From positions 5,580,001-5,644,000 of the forward strand of contig CM059427.1 of NCBI GenBank assembly GCA_030390025.1: a stretch of 64,000 bases of DNA. The letters run 5' to 3'. Positions 62,581 through 64,000 of the stretch are shown one piece after another; within the stretch, counting starts at the first letter, position 1; each line of letters begins with the position of its first letter. The translations under genes were made by a program, and so were the position numbers. The DNA comes from Squalus acanthias. Its lineage: Eukaryota. The notes under the pieces were generated by a model, which saw only the letters and a list, made by a program, of their open reading frames with translations, was not told the origin of the DNA and did no database searches.

Positions 62581-63786
62581 CAGGTTAAGTGAGTAGGCCA
62601 GGCAATAAGGTGGCAGATGGAGTATAATGTAGGGAAATGTGAGGTTATTCACTTTGGTAGGAAGAATAGAAAAACAGTATTTTTTAAATGGTGAGAAACT
62701 ATTAAATGTTGGTGTTCAGAGAGATTTAGATGTCCTCGTACAGGAAACAAAGTTAGCATGCAGGTACAGCAAGCAATTAGGAAGGCAAATACCATGTTGG
62801 CTTTTATTGCAAGGGGGTTGGAGTACAAGAGTAAGGAAGTCTTGCTACAATTGTACAGGGCTTTGGTGAGACCGCACCTGGAGTACTGTGCACAGTTTTG
62901 GTCTTATCTGAGGAAGGACATACTTACCTTAGAGGCGGTGCAACAAAGGTTCACTAGATTGATCCCTGGGATGAGCGGGTTGTCCTGTGAGGTGAGATTG
63001 AGTAGATTGGGCCGATATTCTCTGGAGTTTAGAAGAATGAGAGGTGATCTCATTGAAACATGTAAGATTCTGAGAGGGATTGACAGGATAGATGCTGAGA
63101 GGTTGTTTCCCCTGGCTGGAGAGTCTAGAACTAGGGGGCATAGTCTCAGGAGAAGGGGTTGGCCATTTAAGGTGAGGAGGAATTTCTTCATTCAGAGGGT
63201 TGTGAATCATTGGAATTCTCTACCCCAAAGGGCTGTGGATGCTGAGTCGTTGAGCATATTCAAGGCTGAGATGGATAGATTTTTGGACTCTAGGGGAATC
63301 AAGGGATATGGGGATCGGGCAGGAAAGTGGAGTTGAGGTTGAAGATCAGCCATGATCTTACTGAATGGCGGAGCAGGCTCGAAGGGCCGTATGGCCTACT
63401 CCTGCTCCTTGTTCTTATGATTGTCATAGAGACCTGGAAAATGGTTGTTTTCCTGCCTTCCTCGGGAATGGTACCAGGCATTGTGATTGATGGGCTTTTT
63501 TGTATTGCTGATATCCTGTTGCCTTTTCTAATTCAAACTGAACAAATCTAGACTTTTATTTTGTTTCACTCTACTGTAGCTGCTTTGTTTTTGTAACCCA
63601 TTTAGTGTTACTTGCAGAAAGAAGCATATTCGTTGGTCTGAAAAACAGCCATTTTGAGGCAACCACATCCTCCTTGGTTGCTATTTTAAAAAAATTTCTG
63701 CAATTTGCAGTACCAAGTTTGCACCCTTCATTTGGCAGCTGAATAACCTCGAATGCACAATGACTTGTCTTGAGATCAGAACTGAG

Positions 63787-64000
63787 TTCTTACATTTTTC
63801 CTGCAGATTGGAGGGTGGCAAATGTAACCCCACTATTTAAAAAAGGAGGGAGAGAGAAAACAGGGAACTACAGACCGGTTAGCCTAACCTCAGTAGTAGG
63901 GAAAATGCTAGAGTCTATTATAAAGGATGTGATAAAAGGACACTTAGAAAATATCAACGGGATTAGACAAAGTCAACATGGATTTATGAAAGGGAAATTG
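63787..64000 (+). mobile_element. CR1 RT fragment running off the window
   Basis: DWRVANVTPLFKKGGREKTGNYRPVSLTSVVGKMLES..QHGFMKGK. Confidence 0.9.

Larger units (their letters stand above)
60075..63420 (+). mobile_element. CR1 LINE split by a second CR1 (arms 60075-60722 and 62581-63420)
   Basis: The RT breaks at ctgcaaagggata and resumes at caggttaagtgagt; ORF 62758..63336 is the CR1 C-terminus. Confidence 0.9.

Overview
Eukaryotic, repeat-dense vertebrate DNA, most consistent with a cartilaginous fish (shark-type Deu-domain SINEs, HE1-type V-SINEs, LF-SINE-like relics, CR1/L2/RTE/Vingi LINEs, Penelope-like fragments and PIF/Harbinger-type MITEs). No intact long host CDS is present. Host-derived features are an intronless, disabled MROH1-like retrocopy (~10.8-12.2 kb) and a CpG-island promoter with a candidate first exon at ~26.6-27.2 kb; the rest of the window is probably intron of that unidentified + strand gene. 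The most unusual item is a ~3.2 kb minus-strand LINE (50575-55823, split by a 2 kb CR1). It starts with a tRNA-derived A/B-box head plus a Meta-SINE-like body, has no ORF1, and its sense strand is almost free of oligo-T Pol III terminators, suggesting an autonomous retrotransposon transcribed by RNA polymerase III. Also seen: twin-priming inversions in RTE and CR1 copies, a CR1 with tail repeats at both ends and a 51-bp target duplication, and a Penelope-type hammerhead ribozyme motif. Repeat family names come from recalled consensus motifs, not from a database search, and boundaries are approximate unless a TSD or TIR is quoted.
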